From NCBI GenBank assembly GCA_050693935.1, contig JBOGWU010000277.1:1289-65288 (forward strand): a stretch of DNA of 64,000 nt. The letters are read 5' to 3'. Position 1 is the first letter of the stretch. Each line of letters opens with the position of its first letter. This DNA is from Actinomycetota bacterium (GTDB taxonomy: Bacteria > Actinomycetota > CADDZG01 > WHSQ01). The position numbers and the translations under genes were made by a program. The notes under the pieces were generated by a model that saw only the letters and a list, made by a program, of their open reading frames with translations, was not told where the DNA came from and did not search any database. Shown piece after piece: positions 15,507 to 24,744 of the stretch.

Positions 15507-18380
15507 TTGTCCGACTTACGACTATTTCTGCTCGGTGCTCCTGGCATCGAACGAGACGGAAGCCCCGTCGACCTCGACACGCGCAAGGCCATCGCGCTCG
15601 TCGCCTACCTGGCGATAGAGGGACAGACCTTCCGCAGAGACTCCCTGGCCGGGCTCCTGTGGCCGGAGCACGGCGGAGATCAGGCGCGCGGCGCGCTCCG
15701 GCGCACCTTGTCGACGCTCAAGAAGGGAATGGGGGGCGAGGGGGTCGAGGCCGACCGAGCCACCGTCGGCCTCACCAGCGACGCCGTTTGGACGGACGCG
15801 ACGGAGTTCCGTCGGTTAATCGAACAGAGCCAGGTCCCCTTCGCGGAAGGCGACCCGGATGCGTGCTTGGCCCTGTTAGAGCGCGCCATCCAGTTGTATC
15901 GAGGCGATTTCATGGCGGGGTTCTCGCTGCGAGACAGCGTGGACTTCGAGGACTGGCAGTACTTTCAATCCGAATCCCATCGACGGCTCATGACCGGCGC
16001 GCTGGAGCGAGCCGTTGAGTGCCTGACGATGCGCGGTCGCTTTGCGGAGGCCATCGATCGCGCTCGCCGCTGGTTATCGCTAGATTCCCTGCACGAACCG
16101 GCGCACCGCAAGCTCATGGCGTTGTATGCGTGGAACGACCAGCGCGCCAGCGCACTCAAGCAGTATCGAGAGTGCGTCGGATTACTCGATCGCGAGCTGG
16201 GTGTCCCCCCACTCGAAGAGACCACCGAGCTCTACCGGCAGATCACCGACAATCGACTCCCGGAGCCCGAGCTCCTCTCGTTGCCGCAAGAGCTCGGCTC
16301 GGTGGAGCTCGCCGGCGTGCACGCGCCCACACCTACACCACTGGTAGGTCGAACGACCGAGCTTGCGCTCCTGCTAAACGCCTACGAGTCGGTGGGCGCG
16401 GCCGGACGAGTCGCGCTCATCGAGGGCGAGGCCGGTATCGGCAAGAGCCGACTCGCCGACGAGTTCCTCGCACGGTTGCACGAGCGCGGTTCGATGACAG
16501 CAACCGTCCGCTGCCACGCAGAGGAGACTCACCTCGCCTTCGGGGTAGTCACCGGACTCCTTCGCCAGACACTCGAGGAGAAGGGAAGGGAGTGGCTTGG
16601 GGTCGTGCCCGTGCACTGGCTGAGCGAGTGTGCCCGGCTGTTGCCCGAGCTGCTGACTCTCGGCATCGACGTCCCTCCTCCCACGCGGCTGGACGACCCC
16701 GGCGCCCAGGCTCGCTTCTTCGAGGGCATAGCCAGCTTCTTGACCTCGGCGAGTAACGGGCCTCAGCGGGGAGTGCTGCTCGTCGACGATCTGCACTGGA
16801 CGGACGAATCCTCGCTGGACGCGCTCCTCTACCTTGCAGGCCGCCTCAGGGGACGGCCCCTGCTCTTGCTCGGGACCTTTCGTTCCGACGAGGTCGGAGC
16901 GTCGGCGCGTGTCCGCCGGTTGGCGACCGCGGCCGGCCAGTATTCGATAGACAACATCGAGCTCCGGCGTTTGACCCGCGACGAGGTGTCCGAGCTGGTC
17001 ACCGCCGCCCGTCCCGGCGACGCGACCTTGAGCGACCGTCTCTACGAGGAGACCGAGGGACTTCCGTTCTTCCTCGTCGAGTACCTGGCGGCGCTCGACG
17101 AGGGTGCCGATCCCGAGTCGCCGCAATGGTCACCCCCGTCGGGTGTGCGCGAGCTCCTGTCGTCGCGCGTCGAGCAGCTGAACGAAACGGCGCGACAGGT
17201 GCTCACGACCGCCGCCGTTATCGGACGGAGCTTCGACTTCGACACGGTGCGCGAGGCGGGTGGTCGCTCGGATGACGAGACCGTCACCTCTCTCGACGAC
17301 CTCGCCGCCGCGGGCCTGATCAAAGAGGTGGCGCCGGCCGGGAAGGGGTTCCCCACCTTCGACTTCAGCCACGAGGGGATCCGCCGTCTCGTCTACGACG
17401 ACGCAAGCAGCGCCCGCCGAAGGTTGCTACATAGGCGCGTGGCGGACTCGCTGGCGCGCTCCCGACGGCGCCCGGCGGTGGAGCCGGGGGCAGTCGCCCA
17501 TCACTACGAACTCGCCGGCAACGATGCCGCCGCCGCGCGCTACTACGAGCTTTCGGGGCGCAAGGCCAGTTCGTTGTTCGCGCACGCCGAGGCAATGGCC
17601 CACTTTCGCACCGCGCTTGCGCTCGGACATCCCGAGCCCGCCCGCATTCACGAGGCCCTTGCCGACATTCAGACCTTCTCCGGCGACTACTCGGGTGCGC
17701 TGATCGAATATGAGACCGCCGCGGCGTTGAGCGACCAGCACGATCTGGTAACGATCGAGCACAAGATCGGAACCGTGCACCATCGAAGAGGAGATCTCGA
17801 CTCCGCTCGCAGCCACTTCGAAGGTGCCCTGGAGCTTCTCGACGACGACGACCACGCGCGGCGATCGCGCGTGTTCTCCGACCTCAGCCTCACGGCTCAT
17901 CGCTCGGGAGAGTCCGCCACCCCGGAGCTTCTGGCGAACGAGGCCTTGGGCCTTGCCGAAAAGACCGAGGACATCAACGCGCTGGCACAGGCACACAACA
18001 TCCTTGGCATCCTGGCCAAGAGCCGGGGCGATGTGGACAGCGCGCTCGAGCACCTTCAGCAGAGCGCCGATCTGGCCAGCGATCTCAGCGACCCGACGGC
18101 TCGTATTGCGGCGCTCAACAACCTCGCACTGGCCCGGGGAGAGGCCGGTGAACGCGACGCGGCCATCGAGATCCTGAACGAGGCACTCAAACTCTGCACC
18201 GAGCAGCAGGACCGTCATCGCGAGGCCGCGTTGCATAACAACCTGGCGGACCTCTTTCATCGCAACGGAGAGCGCGAGCGCTCGATGGAACACCTCAAGC
18301 AAGCGGTTGCGATCTTCGCCGAGATCGGTTCGAAGGAGTCGACCATGCAGCCCGAGATCTGGAAGCTGGTCGAATGGTAG
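15507..18380 (+). CDS. SARP/AfsR-type regulator with an OmpR-like winged helix, a BTAD domain, a P-loop NTPase and TPR repeats
   Basis: 957 aa with a TTG start 5 nt after the SD gagggga. The N-terminal wHTH is LFLLGAPGIERDGSPVDLDTRKAIALVAYLA. The BTAD block is LYRGDFMAGFSLRD...HRKLMALYAWNDQRASALKQYRECVGLLDRELGVPP. The Walker A motif is IEGEAGIGKSRL. The C-terminus has TPR-like repeats (NILGILAKSRGDVDSALEHLQQS...). Confidence 0.85.
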   Translation: MSDLRLFLLGAPGIERDGSPVDLDTRKAIALVAYLAIEGQTFRRDSLAGLLWPEHGGDQARGALRRTLSTLKKGMGGEGVEADRATVGLTSDAVWTDATEFRRLIEQSQVPFAEGDPDACLALLERAIQLYRGDFMAGFSLRDSVDFEDWQYFQSESHRRLMTGALERAVECLTMRGRFAEAIDRARRWLSLDSLHEPAHRKLMALYAWNDQRASALKQYRECVGLLDRELGVPPLEETTELYRQITDNRLPEPELLSLPQELGSVELAGVHAPTPTPLVGRTTELALLLNAYESVGAAGRVALIEGEAGIGKSRLADEFLARLHERGSMTATVRCHAEETHLAFGVVTGLLRQTLEEKGREWLGVVPVHWLSECARLLPELLTLGIDVPPPTRLDDPGAQARFFEGIASFLTSASNGPQRGVLLVDDLHWTDESSLDALLYLAGRLRGRPLLLLGTFRSDEVGASARVRRLATAAGQYSIDNIELRRLTRDEVSELVTAARPGDATLSDRLYEETEGLPFFLVEYLAALDEGADPESPQWSPPSGVRELLSSRVEQLNETARQVLTTAAVIGRSFDFDTVREAGGRSDDETVTSLDDLAAAGLIKEVAPAGKGFPTFDFSHEGIRRLVYDDASSARRRLLHRRVADSLARSRRRPAVEPGAVAHHYELAGNDAAAARYYELSGRKASSLFAHAEAMAHFRTALALGHPEPARIHEALADIQTFSGDYSGALIEYETAAALSDQHDLVTIEHKIGTVHHRRGDLDSARSHFEGALELLDDDDHARRSRVFSDLSLTAHRSGESATPELLANEALGLAEKTEDINALAQAHNILGILAKSRGDVDSALEHLQQSADLASDLSDPTARIAALNNLALARGEAGERDAAIEILNEALKLCTEQQDRHREAALHNNLADLFHRNGERERSMEHLKQAVAIFAEIGSKESTMQPEIWKLVEW

Positions 18381-18835
18381 GCAAGGGTATCCAGCGATTC
18401 ACCACAGAGTTGATGAGCGAGGGTCCGGGGACCTTCGTCGAGTTGCCGTTCGACGTTGTGGAAGCATTCGGGGCGAAGCGGGTACCGGTCCGATGCTCGA
18501 TCAACGGCGCCGCGTTCCGGAGCACCGTAGCGGTTTACGGAGGCCGTTACTACCTACCGATTAACAAGAAGCTCCAAAGTGAGGCCGGGGTTACTGCGGG
18601 TGACGAGGTCGAGATGGTCGTGGATCGCGACGACGCGCCCCGCAAAATCGAAATGCCCGACGATCTCCGCAGCGCGCTGGACGAGGACGACGAAGCCCGG
18701 CTCGCCTTCGAGGCACTGTCGTTCACGCACCGCAGAGAGTACGTCGAGTGGATCACCGAGGCCAAGCGTGACGAAACCAGGCAGCGCCGAATTCGCAAGG
18801 CCGTTCAGATGCTGGGCGAGGGAAAGACCCGCTAA
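18374..18835 (+). CDS. DUF1905 / YdeI-family protein
   Basis: 153 aa: FVELPFDVVEAFGAKRVPVRCSINGAAFRSTVAVYGGRYYLPINK..., followed by LSFTHRREYVEWITEAKRDETRQRRIRKAVQML. The ATG overlaps the regulator stop by 7 nt. Confidence 0.7.
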   Translation: MVGKGIQRFTTELMSEGPGTFVELPFDVVEAFGAKRVPVRCSINGAAFRSTVAVYGGRYYLPINKKLQSEAGVTAGDEVEMVVDRDDAPRKIEMPDDLRSALDEDDEARLAFEALSFTHRREYVEWITEAKRDETRQRRIRKAVQMLGEGKTR

Positions 18836-18844
18836 GTAGAAGCC

Positions 18845-19957
18845 TCAGGGTTCGGGGGGCTCGAGCTTGCCGGTCCTGCGATCCCGCTCGGTCTTGGCCT
18901 GGTGGCAGCGATAGCACCGCGGCTTGAGGTTTCCGTGGGAGGTGGGACCTAGAGCGACGCGCGGCTGAACGTGATCGAACTCCGTCTTGAACCGGTTCCC
19001 ACAGTCGACGCACACCACGCCCTCGAAATCGGGGGCTCACCCAACTCCAGGGCGACCCGCACCTCGACCGAGGGATCGCGCGAGTAGCGCTTGAAGTTGC
19101 GCAGGTCCACCCCGTCGAAGAACAACCCGTTCAGAAAGGCGTCCTGGGCAATCTGCTTGGCGACCTGGGGTGACACCGGGCCCACGCCGGGAATCTTGCA
19201 GACCTCACCTTCTTTGACGTCGGTCCAGCCGCGCTTGGCCACCTCGTGGCTGACCAGGATCACCAGCTCGGGCCGCTTGGCCCGGCCCTCGCCTGCGCCC
19301 GACAGCATCAGGGCGTAGGCATCGGCGAGATAACGCTCGAAGGGCTCTTTTTCCCCACCGGCCCTGGCCTTTCTTGCGAGCCTTTGGGCCTCGGCCTCGG
19401 CGCGCGCCACGATCGGCGACCCGATGTGGGGCTCCAGTTCCATGTGGATGTGCACCATGCCGAGCTCATCACTGTGACTGCGCGCGCCTTGCGCGCCGCG
19501 TGCTGACGCTCGGCAAGTCCCCGGTGTTGTTCGGCCTCCAGCTTGACCTTGCGGGCCTTCTCGCGGAGCACATGGAACGACTCGGACTGAGCCACCGTCA
19601 GAAGCTCGCTGGCGGAACGGGAGCCGACTCCTAGGCCTTGGCGATCTCGCAGGCCTGGTCCAATGAGACTTCGCCGCGCTTGAGGGCGCCTTCTAGCGGC
19701 GCGGAACCACTGAGCACCTTGCCGGTGGCGATGGTGTCCTTGGCCTTGCCCACCGAGCTCCCGGTCGACCGGGCGATCCCGGAGGGGTCGTCTAGCTTTC
19801 GCGCCAGTGCGGCGACCCCGAACGCGGCCAATCTCTGAGTCCGGGCATTAGCCTCGAGCAGCTCGCGAGCGTCGGCCGCGCCAAGCAACTCCGGCTCGAG
19901 GTTCGCGTTGGCCTTCTCGAGCAGCTCGTTGGCCTCGTCGACTTGCGTGAATTCCAT
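18845..19957 (-). pseudogene. DUF222 + HNH endonuclease gene (REP13E12-like family) disrupted by three frameshifts
   Basis: There are four pieces in three frames. (1) 19957-19631: MEFTQVDEANELLEK...GEVSLDQACEIAKA, then a stop. (2) GLGVGSRSASELLTVAQSESFHVLREKARKVKLEAEQHRGLAERQHAARKARAVTV. (3) DELGMVHIHMELEPHIG...VALELGEPP. (4) By my own translation, DFEGVVCVDCGNRFKTEFDHVQPRVALGPTSHGNLKPRCYRCHQAKTERDRRTGKLEPPEP, with the stop at 18845-18847 (HNH motif). Confidence 0.8.
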
Positions 19958-20059
19958 GCCCTCATCATGACGATGAGGTGTGACGAAAACTCTTTGGCTT
20001 CAGGGTGCACGGAGAGTTTCTGAAGTTTTTTCTCCGTTAGCCGATGGCGGGCGACAGAC

Positions 20060-20494
20060 TCAATCCGGTGAGTCCTGGATGTTCTCGGCCCCCAGTTCGA
20101 TGGGGATGTCGCCCGCGGGGTTGACTACCAGACCCGTGAAGCCCTGGTCCACCGCCACCTTCAGGATCTCCGCGGTCTGTAGCAGCGTGTAGCGACCGCC
20201 GGCGGGGCGCCAGGTGTCGAGCTCATCCTCGTCGGTGAACACGGGTAGAAGGTGCTCGCCCTCCTCGTTGGCCACGATGGGCACGGTCTCCGCGTCTGCG
20301 CCCGCGTCGCCCTCTTCGTCCTCCTCGACGAAAGGCAGGATGATCGTCGCCTGGTACAACATGTCGATGACTGGCTCCCAGGCATCGAGGTCTCCGGTGC
20401 GCGAGGCTTCGGTGGCCGCCTCGATCAGGCGGCTCGTCAGAGCAGACCGTTCCTGCCGGTCGTTCTCGTCGTTCAACGAGTTGAAGATGTTCAC
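20060..20494 (-). CDS. SseB-family protein
   Basis: This is ORF 20060..20647 trimmed to the GTG at 20492-20494, which overlaps the stop of the upstream methyltransferase (GTGA). It shows the pattern ATIILPFVEED...VPIVANEEGEHLLPVFTDEDELDTWRP...TGLVVNPAGD. Confidence 0.55.
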   Translation of the reverse strand: MNIFNSLNDENDRQERSALTSRLIEAATEASRTGDLDAWEPVIDMLYQATIILPFVEEDEEGDAGADAETVPIVANEEGEHLLPVFTDEDELDTWRPAGGRYTLLQTAEILKVAVDQGFTGLVVNPAGDIPIELGAENIQDSPD

Positions 20495-21246
20495 GGAGTG
20501 GCCCTTTCTGCAAGAAGCATGATCCGGCGGCGTTTGAACACGTAGTCCTCGCCGTCGCGATGGAAGTCCATCCTCGTCTTGGGTCCGTGCTCGTCGATGA
20601 AGCGTTTCACTCGCTCGATTCGCTCCTCCGGGAACTCGCCCGGCCACATCCAGTTCGAAAACCGCTCCCTTTGTTCCGCGATGCGCTCGGACACGATCTG
20701 CAGACCCGCCACGCGAAGAAGAGTTCGCAGCGCGCTCGGCGGTCGCGAGGATGCGTGGCTCGGATCGCGCACGATCTCGAGCTGGTTCATCACTACGGCC
20801 TCTTCGTAACGCTCGGTCGAGACTTGGTCGACGATCAATACCCTGCCGTCTTCTCTCATCACGCGCCTCATCTCCTTGAGAATGGGCAGTGGCTCCCAGA
20901 TGTGGTGCAGTGCCTGCGCGGTGGCGACCAGCTCCACCGCACGTGAGCCGAACGGCAGGCGGGCTCCGTCGGCCACCACCTGTTCCATCTCTGGATGCCT
21001 GCGCCGCGCTTCGAAGAGCATCCCGGGGGTCAGATCGACGGCGATGAGACGGGCGGCGACGTCCCCGAACAGTTGAAGGAAGTTGCCAGTTCCCGCTCCA
21101 ACCTCGACCACCGTCTCACCACCGGCCAGTCGGGCGAACTCAACCACCTTCAGCTCGTCGAAACGGCCTTGGGTTCGATCGGCGAACGACGTCGAGACCC
21201 GCTCGAACTCCGAGCGCAGAACCTCGGTGTGCCGGCGATCAGACAC
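20491..21246 (-). CDS. Class I SAM-dependent methyltransferase
   Basis: This is ORF 20491..21396 trimmed to the GTG at 21244-21246, which overlaps the mnmA end by 8 nt. The SAM motif is VVEVGAGTGNFLQLF, followed by ...VDLTPGML...ATAQALHHI. Confidence 0.75.
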   Translation of the reverse strand: MSDRRHTEVLRSEFERVSTSFADRTQGRFDELKVVEFARLAGGETVVEVGAGTGNFLQLFGDVAARLIAVDLTPGMLFEARRRHPEMEQVVADGARLPFGSRAVELVATAQALHHIWEPLPILKEMRRVMREDGRVLIVDQVSTERYEEAVVMNQLEIVRDPSHASSRPPSALRTLLRVAGLQIVSERIAEQRERFSNWMWPGEFPEERIERVKRFIDEHGPKTRMDFHRDGEDYVFKRRRIMLLAERATP

Positions 21247-22333
21247 GTGCCCCCGCGGCGACGGTGGACGAAATAACGCCGCCGCCGAGCAGCTCGTCGG
21301 GGCGATCGGCGTCATAGAGCGCGGCCGACTGCCCGCGGGCGACCGCCTCGACCGGGCGGTCGAAGGCCACCTCGAGCCGTCCGGCATCCGAAGCACTCAC
21401 GGTTGCGGCGTGGGTTTCACCGTGAGACCTGTACTGAACCAGTACGCGCCTGCCCTCGTCCAGAGCACCGGCGACGTAGCTCGTTTCCTCGGCGACGAAA
21501 CCCTCGCAGCCGAGCTCGTCGCGCTCGCTTACCACGATGGTGTTCGAGGGCGCGTCAATCGAGCGCACGAACACGGGCATGCCGAGCGAGATCCCGAGGC
21601 CCCTGCGCTGGCCCACGGTGTAGCGGGCCACCCCACGATGTTCTCCCACGCGCCGCCCGTCCGTCGTCACGATCGGCCCGGGACGGCCGGCATCGGGCAT
21701 GTGATCGTCCATGTAGGAGCCCAGATCGCCCCCTCTCACGAAGCAGATCTCCTGGCTGTCGGGCTTGGTCGCAGTGGGGAGACCGAGCTCGGCGGCGATG
21801 CGGCGGGTCTCGGTCTTGGGCATGTCGCCGACGGGAAACAGCGTGCGCGCCAGCTTCGCCTGGTCGAGCATCCAGAGCACGTAGCTCTGGTCCTTGAGGG
21901 GATCGATGCCGCGCAGCAACCGGTAGGTGCCGTCGCGCTCGGCGACGCGCGCGTAGTGGCCGGTGGCCAGCACGTCGGCACCCAGCGCTCCGGCTCGCTC
22001 GAGCAGCGCGTCGAACTTGATCCACTGATTGCAGCGCACACAGGGGTTGGGCGTCCGCCCCGCGGCGTAGTCGGCGTGGAAGTTGGCGACGACAGTGTCC
22101 TCGAAACGTTCTGCGAAGTTGAGCACGTAGAAGGGGATACTCAACGTGTCTGCTACGCGGCGAGCGTCGGCGGCCGCGCCAACGTTGCAGCATCCCGAGT
22201 CGAGGTTTGCGGCCTCGCCGCGCCACAGCTTGAGCATGATCCCGGTCACGTCGAAGCCGCGCTCGACGAGCAGCGCAGCAGCGACCGAGGAGTCGACCCC
22301 GCCGGACATGGCTACCACGGCTTTCTGCGCCAC
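21239..22333 (-). CDS. mnmA: tRNA 2-thiouridine(34) synthase MnmA/TrmU
   Basis: 364 aa: KAVVAMSGGVDSSVAAALLVERGFDVTGIMLKLW (PP-loop SGGxDS), with NPCVRCNQWIKF. Confidence 0.9.
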   Translation of the reverse strand: MAQKAVVAMSGGVDSSVAAALLVERGFDVTGIMLKLWRGEAANLDSGCCNVGAAADARRVADTLSIPFYVLNFAERFEDTVVANFHADYAAGRTPNPCVRCNQWIKFDALLERAGALGADVLATGHYARVAERDGTYRLLRGIDPLKDQSYVLWMLDQAKLARTLFPVGDMPKTETRRIAAELGLPTATKPDSQEICFVRGGDLGSYMDDHMPDAGRPGPIVTTDGRRVGEHRGVARYTVGQRRGLGISLGMPVFVRSIDAPSNTIVVSERDELGCEGFVAEETSYVAGALDEGRRVLVQYRSHGETHAATVSASDAGRLEVAFDRPVEAVARGQSAALYDADRPDELLGGGVISSTVAAGARV

Positions 22334-23479
22334 TCAGCCGACCTTCCGGGCGCGCTCGACGATGCCGGGCAGCACCTCGAGGACCACGTCGACGTCCTCG
22401 TCCGTCGACTCGCGTCCGAGCGAGAAGCGGACGCTGCCCTTGGCGATCTCGCGCGGCACCCCGATGGCAAGCAGCACGTGCGAGGGATCGATCGCGCCCG
22501 ACTGGCAGGCCGAACCGGCAGAACAGGCGATCCCCGCGCCGTCGAACAACAGAAGGAGCGTCTCGCCGTCGGCGCCGGAGAAGCTGACGTTGAGTGTTCC
22601 CGGCACCCGCTTCGTCGGGTGACCGTTGAGCCGGACGCCGTCGATGGACGACTCGATCCCCTTCCACAACCTCGCGCGGAGCGAGCCCACGCGCTCGATC
22701 TTGTGATCGACCTCCTTGGCGGCGATCTCCGCGGCGATGCCGAAGCCGGCGATCCCGGGCACGTTGTAGGTCCCCGACCGGAGCCCGCGCTCATGCCCGC
22801 CTCCGTGCAACACCGGCTCTAGCGGCGCATGGCTGCGCGCAAAGAGAGCGCCGACGCCCTTTGGGCCTCCCAGCTTGTGAGCCGAGAACGCAGCGAAGTC
22901 CACGCCCAGCTCGTGGACGTTGACCGGCAGGTTGCCGAGCATCTGGACCGCGTCGGTGTGCACGAGTGTGGACGGGTTTACCGCTTCGACGGCACGCACG
23001 ATTTCCGCAAGCGGCTGGGCCGTACCGATCTCGTTGTTGACCGCCATCACCGATACCAGGAGGGTCGTCGGCCTGACCGCGGCCGCGACCGCTTCCGGAT
23101 CAACCAGGCCGTCGGGCCGGACTTCGAGCACGGTGATCTCGTAGCCGTTGTGGCCGAGCCATTCGATCGAGTCGAGCACCGCGTGGTGCTCGAAGCTGGT
23201 GGTGATGAGGTGGTTGCCGTTGCCGCGCAGCTTGTGGGCCGCCCCCTTGATCGCCAGGTTGTCGGCCTCGGTACCGCCACCCGTGAACACGATCTCGGCG
23301 GGGCTCGCACCGATTGCGGTCGCCACCCTGTCTCTGGCGTCCTCGACGATCTCGCGCGCCGCCCGCCCGTAGGCATGGACCGAGGAAGGATTGCCGAACT
23401 CGCCCCTGAGGACGCCGATCATGGCCTCGGTCACCTCGAGGAGAACGGGGGTCGTGGCTGCGTAGTCGAGATAGTGCAT
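22334..23479 (-). CDS. iscS: Cysteine desulfurase (NifS/IscS family)
   Basis: 381 aa: MHYLDYAATTP...GNPSSVHAYGR...IVFTGGGTEADNLAIKG...SAHKLGGPKGVGALF (PLP lysine)...GSACQSG. It lies directly upstream of mnmA. Confidence 0.9.
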   Translation of the reverse strand: MHYLDYAATTPVLLEVTEAMIGVLRGEFGNPSSVHAYGRAAREIVEDARDRVATAIGASPAEIVFTGGGTEADNLAIKGAAHKLRGNGNHLITTSFEHHAVLDSIEWLGHNGYEITVLEVRPDGLVDPEAVAAAVRPTTLLVSVMAVNNEIGTAQPLAEIVRAVEAVNPSTLVHTDAVQMLGNLPVNVHELGVDFAAFSAHKLGGPKGVGALFARSHAPLEPVLHGGGHERGLRSGTYNVPGIAGFGIAAEIAAKEVDHKIERVGSLRARLWKGIESSIDGVRLNGHPTKRVPGTLNVSFSGADGETLLLLFDGAGIACSAGSACQSGAIDPSHVLLAIGVPREIAKGSVRFSLGRESTDEDVDVVLEVLPGIVERARKVG

Positions 23480-23634
23480 GCTTCAAAGCATAAGACCGCA
23501 AATGCGAGGGGGGCCGCGCCATCATCGGGCTGAAGAAGGTCAGGGACCTGACGGTCCTCGATGAGCAGGGGCACGAGCAGGGCCTTCCGATCGCTGCCGC
23601 CAGCGCCCTGCTGAAGGTCGGTAAGAACCTGCTG

Positions 23635-24426
23635 GTGTTGTCCGATGACGAACGTCAGATGGCGGTGTTCGACGCGGAGTCCGATGAACCCGGTTACCTC
23701 ATAAGGGTCATGAGCGGCAAGACCCCGCCAAGCGCCGACGAGCGAGCCGACCACAAGCCGGACTTCGAGTGCATGGCTCTGTTCGCTCCCTTTGGTCGCT
23801 TCGAGCAGGGCGCGATCCTCGGTCTGGGCTCAGGCTCCGCTCCCGACCGGGACAAGGGCACGCTGCTGTTGCTGACGGACGATCATCGGCCGAGAGAACC
23901 CTTCGAGGTCGTGGAACTGGGGGAACTTTACGAGCGGCTAAGAGAGGACCTCGACGACCTCAACATCGAGGGCAGCGCGGTCGTGGGGGACGACTTCCGT
24001 CTGATGCAACGAGGCAACGGTCCCAAGGGTCGTAACGCGCGCGTCGATGTCGAGCTGACCGCGGTCCGGCATGCGCTGGACCAACGCGAACAGCTTCCGG
24101 CCACTTCCGTCACCGGCATCGAGTTCTACGAGCTCGGTCAGGTGCGCGGCGTCCCTCTCTGCTTCTCCGACGCCTCCCCGCTACCCGACGGCCGCATGGC
24201 CTTCATCGCCTCGGCCGAGTCCTCCGGCGGGCACCTCGGCTCCTCCATCGGGCTGATGGAGTCCGACGGTACGGTCTCGTTCAACGAGCCCATCGATCAC
24301 GAGCTGAAGCTCGAGGGCCTGGTGGCGCGCGTCACCGACGAGGGTCAAGTGCATCTCCTGATGGTCAGCGATGCCGACGACCCCGACAGCCCGTCTCCCC
24401 TGATGGAGACCTATCTGGAGCTCTAA
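23635..24426 (+). CDS. Hypothetical protein (5' end uncertain)
   Basis: 263-aa ORF from the GTG at 23635. The same frame stays open back to 23494 and encodes protein-like sequence (IIGLKKVRDLTVLDEQGHEQGLPIAAASALLKVGKNLLVL) without an ATG, GTG or TTG. Confidence 0.5.
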   Translation: MLSDDERQMAVFDAESDEPGYLIRVMSGKTPPSADERADHKPDFECMALFAPFGRFEQGAILGLGSGSAPDRDKGTLLLLTDDHRPREPFEVVELGELYERLREDLDDLNIEGSAVVGDDFRLMQRGNGPKGRNARVDVELTAVRHALDQREQLPATSVTGIEFYELGQVRGVPLCFSDASPLPDGRMAFIASAESSGGHLGSSIGLMESDGTVSFNEPIDHELKLEGLVARVTDEGQVHLLMVSDADDPDSPSPLMETYLEL

Positions 24427-24511
24427 CGGCCGGGCGGCCCCCGCCCACTTTTCGACCGGCGCGCACCAAATCGGACCGGCACAGTCGAAAGAAGCCCGGT
24501 AGCGACGCAGG

Positions 24512-24625
24512 CTAGCCCGCGGGCTTGCTCGCGTCGCGCTCCGCATGGCCCACCGCCGGGGCCAGGCTCGACACCACCAGCGCGACCGCCGCGGTAACGG
24601 TCATCGTCAATTTCAGAATTCGCAT
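24512..24625 (-). CDS. Possible 37-aa signal-peptide-like small protein
   Basis: MRILKLTMTVTAAVALVVSSLAPAVGHAERDASKPAG. The ATG is at 24623-24625, preceded by cgagggcgg. This is the 3' part of a longer shadow ORF (24512..25030). Confidence 0.2.
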   Translation of the reverse strand: MRILKLTMTVTAAVALVVSSLAPAVGHAERDASKPAG

Positions 24626-24744
24626 CCGCCCTCGATATATGGGAGCCGGCCACCACCCCGCGAAGAGGGACGTGTCCAGGGCGTGTCGGCCGCGGCGACC
24701 GGGCTCCTCATGGCGTGTTTCGCCGTGAGGGCGCGCATCCCCTC

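Noticed and set aside
19980-20035. An intrinsic terminator at CTTCAG-N16-CTGAAG followed by TTTTTT
   Set aside because: The stem is only 6 bp with a large loop. The T-run is on the plus strand, where no upstream plus-strand gene ends. It is not convincing as a terminator for the minus-strand SseB-like gene.
18845-20060. An integrated mobile element or defence island around the HNH gene
   Set aside because: The neighbourhood has no integrase, transposase, tRNA target, direct flanking repeats or additional defence-type genes. All I see is a single decayed HNH/DUF222 gene.
21083-22822. The 579-aa plus-strand ORF and several 100-370-aa ORFs over mnmA and iscS
   Set aside because: They are shadow ORFs opposite or out of frame to two unambiguous genes, with low-complexity Arg/Gly-rich translations.
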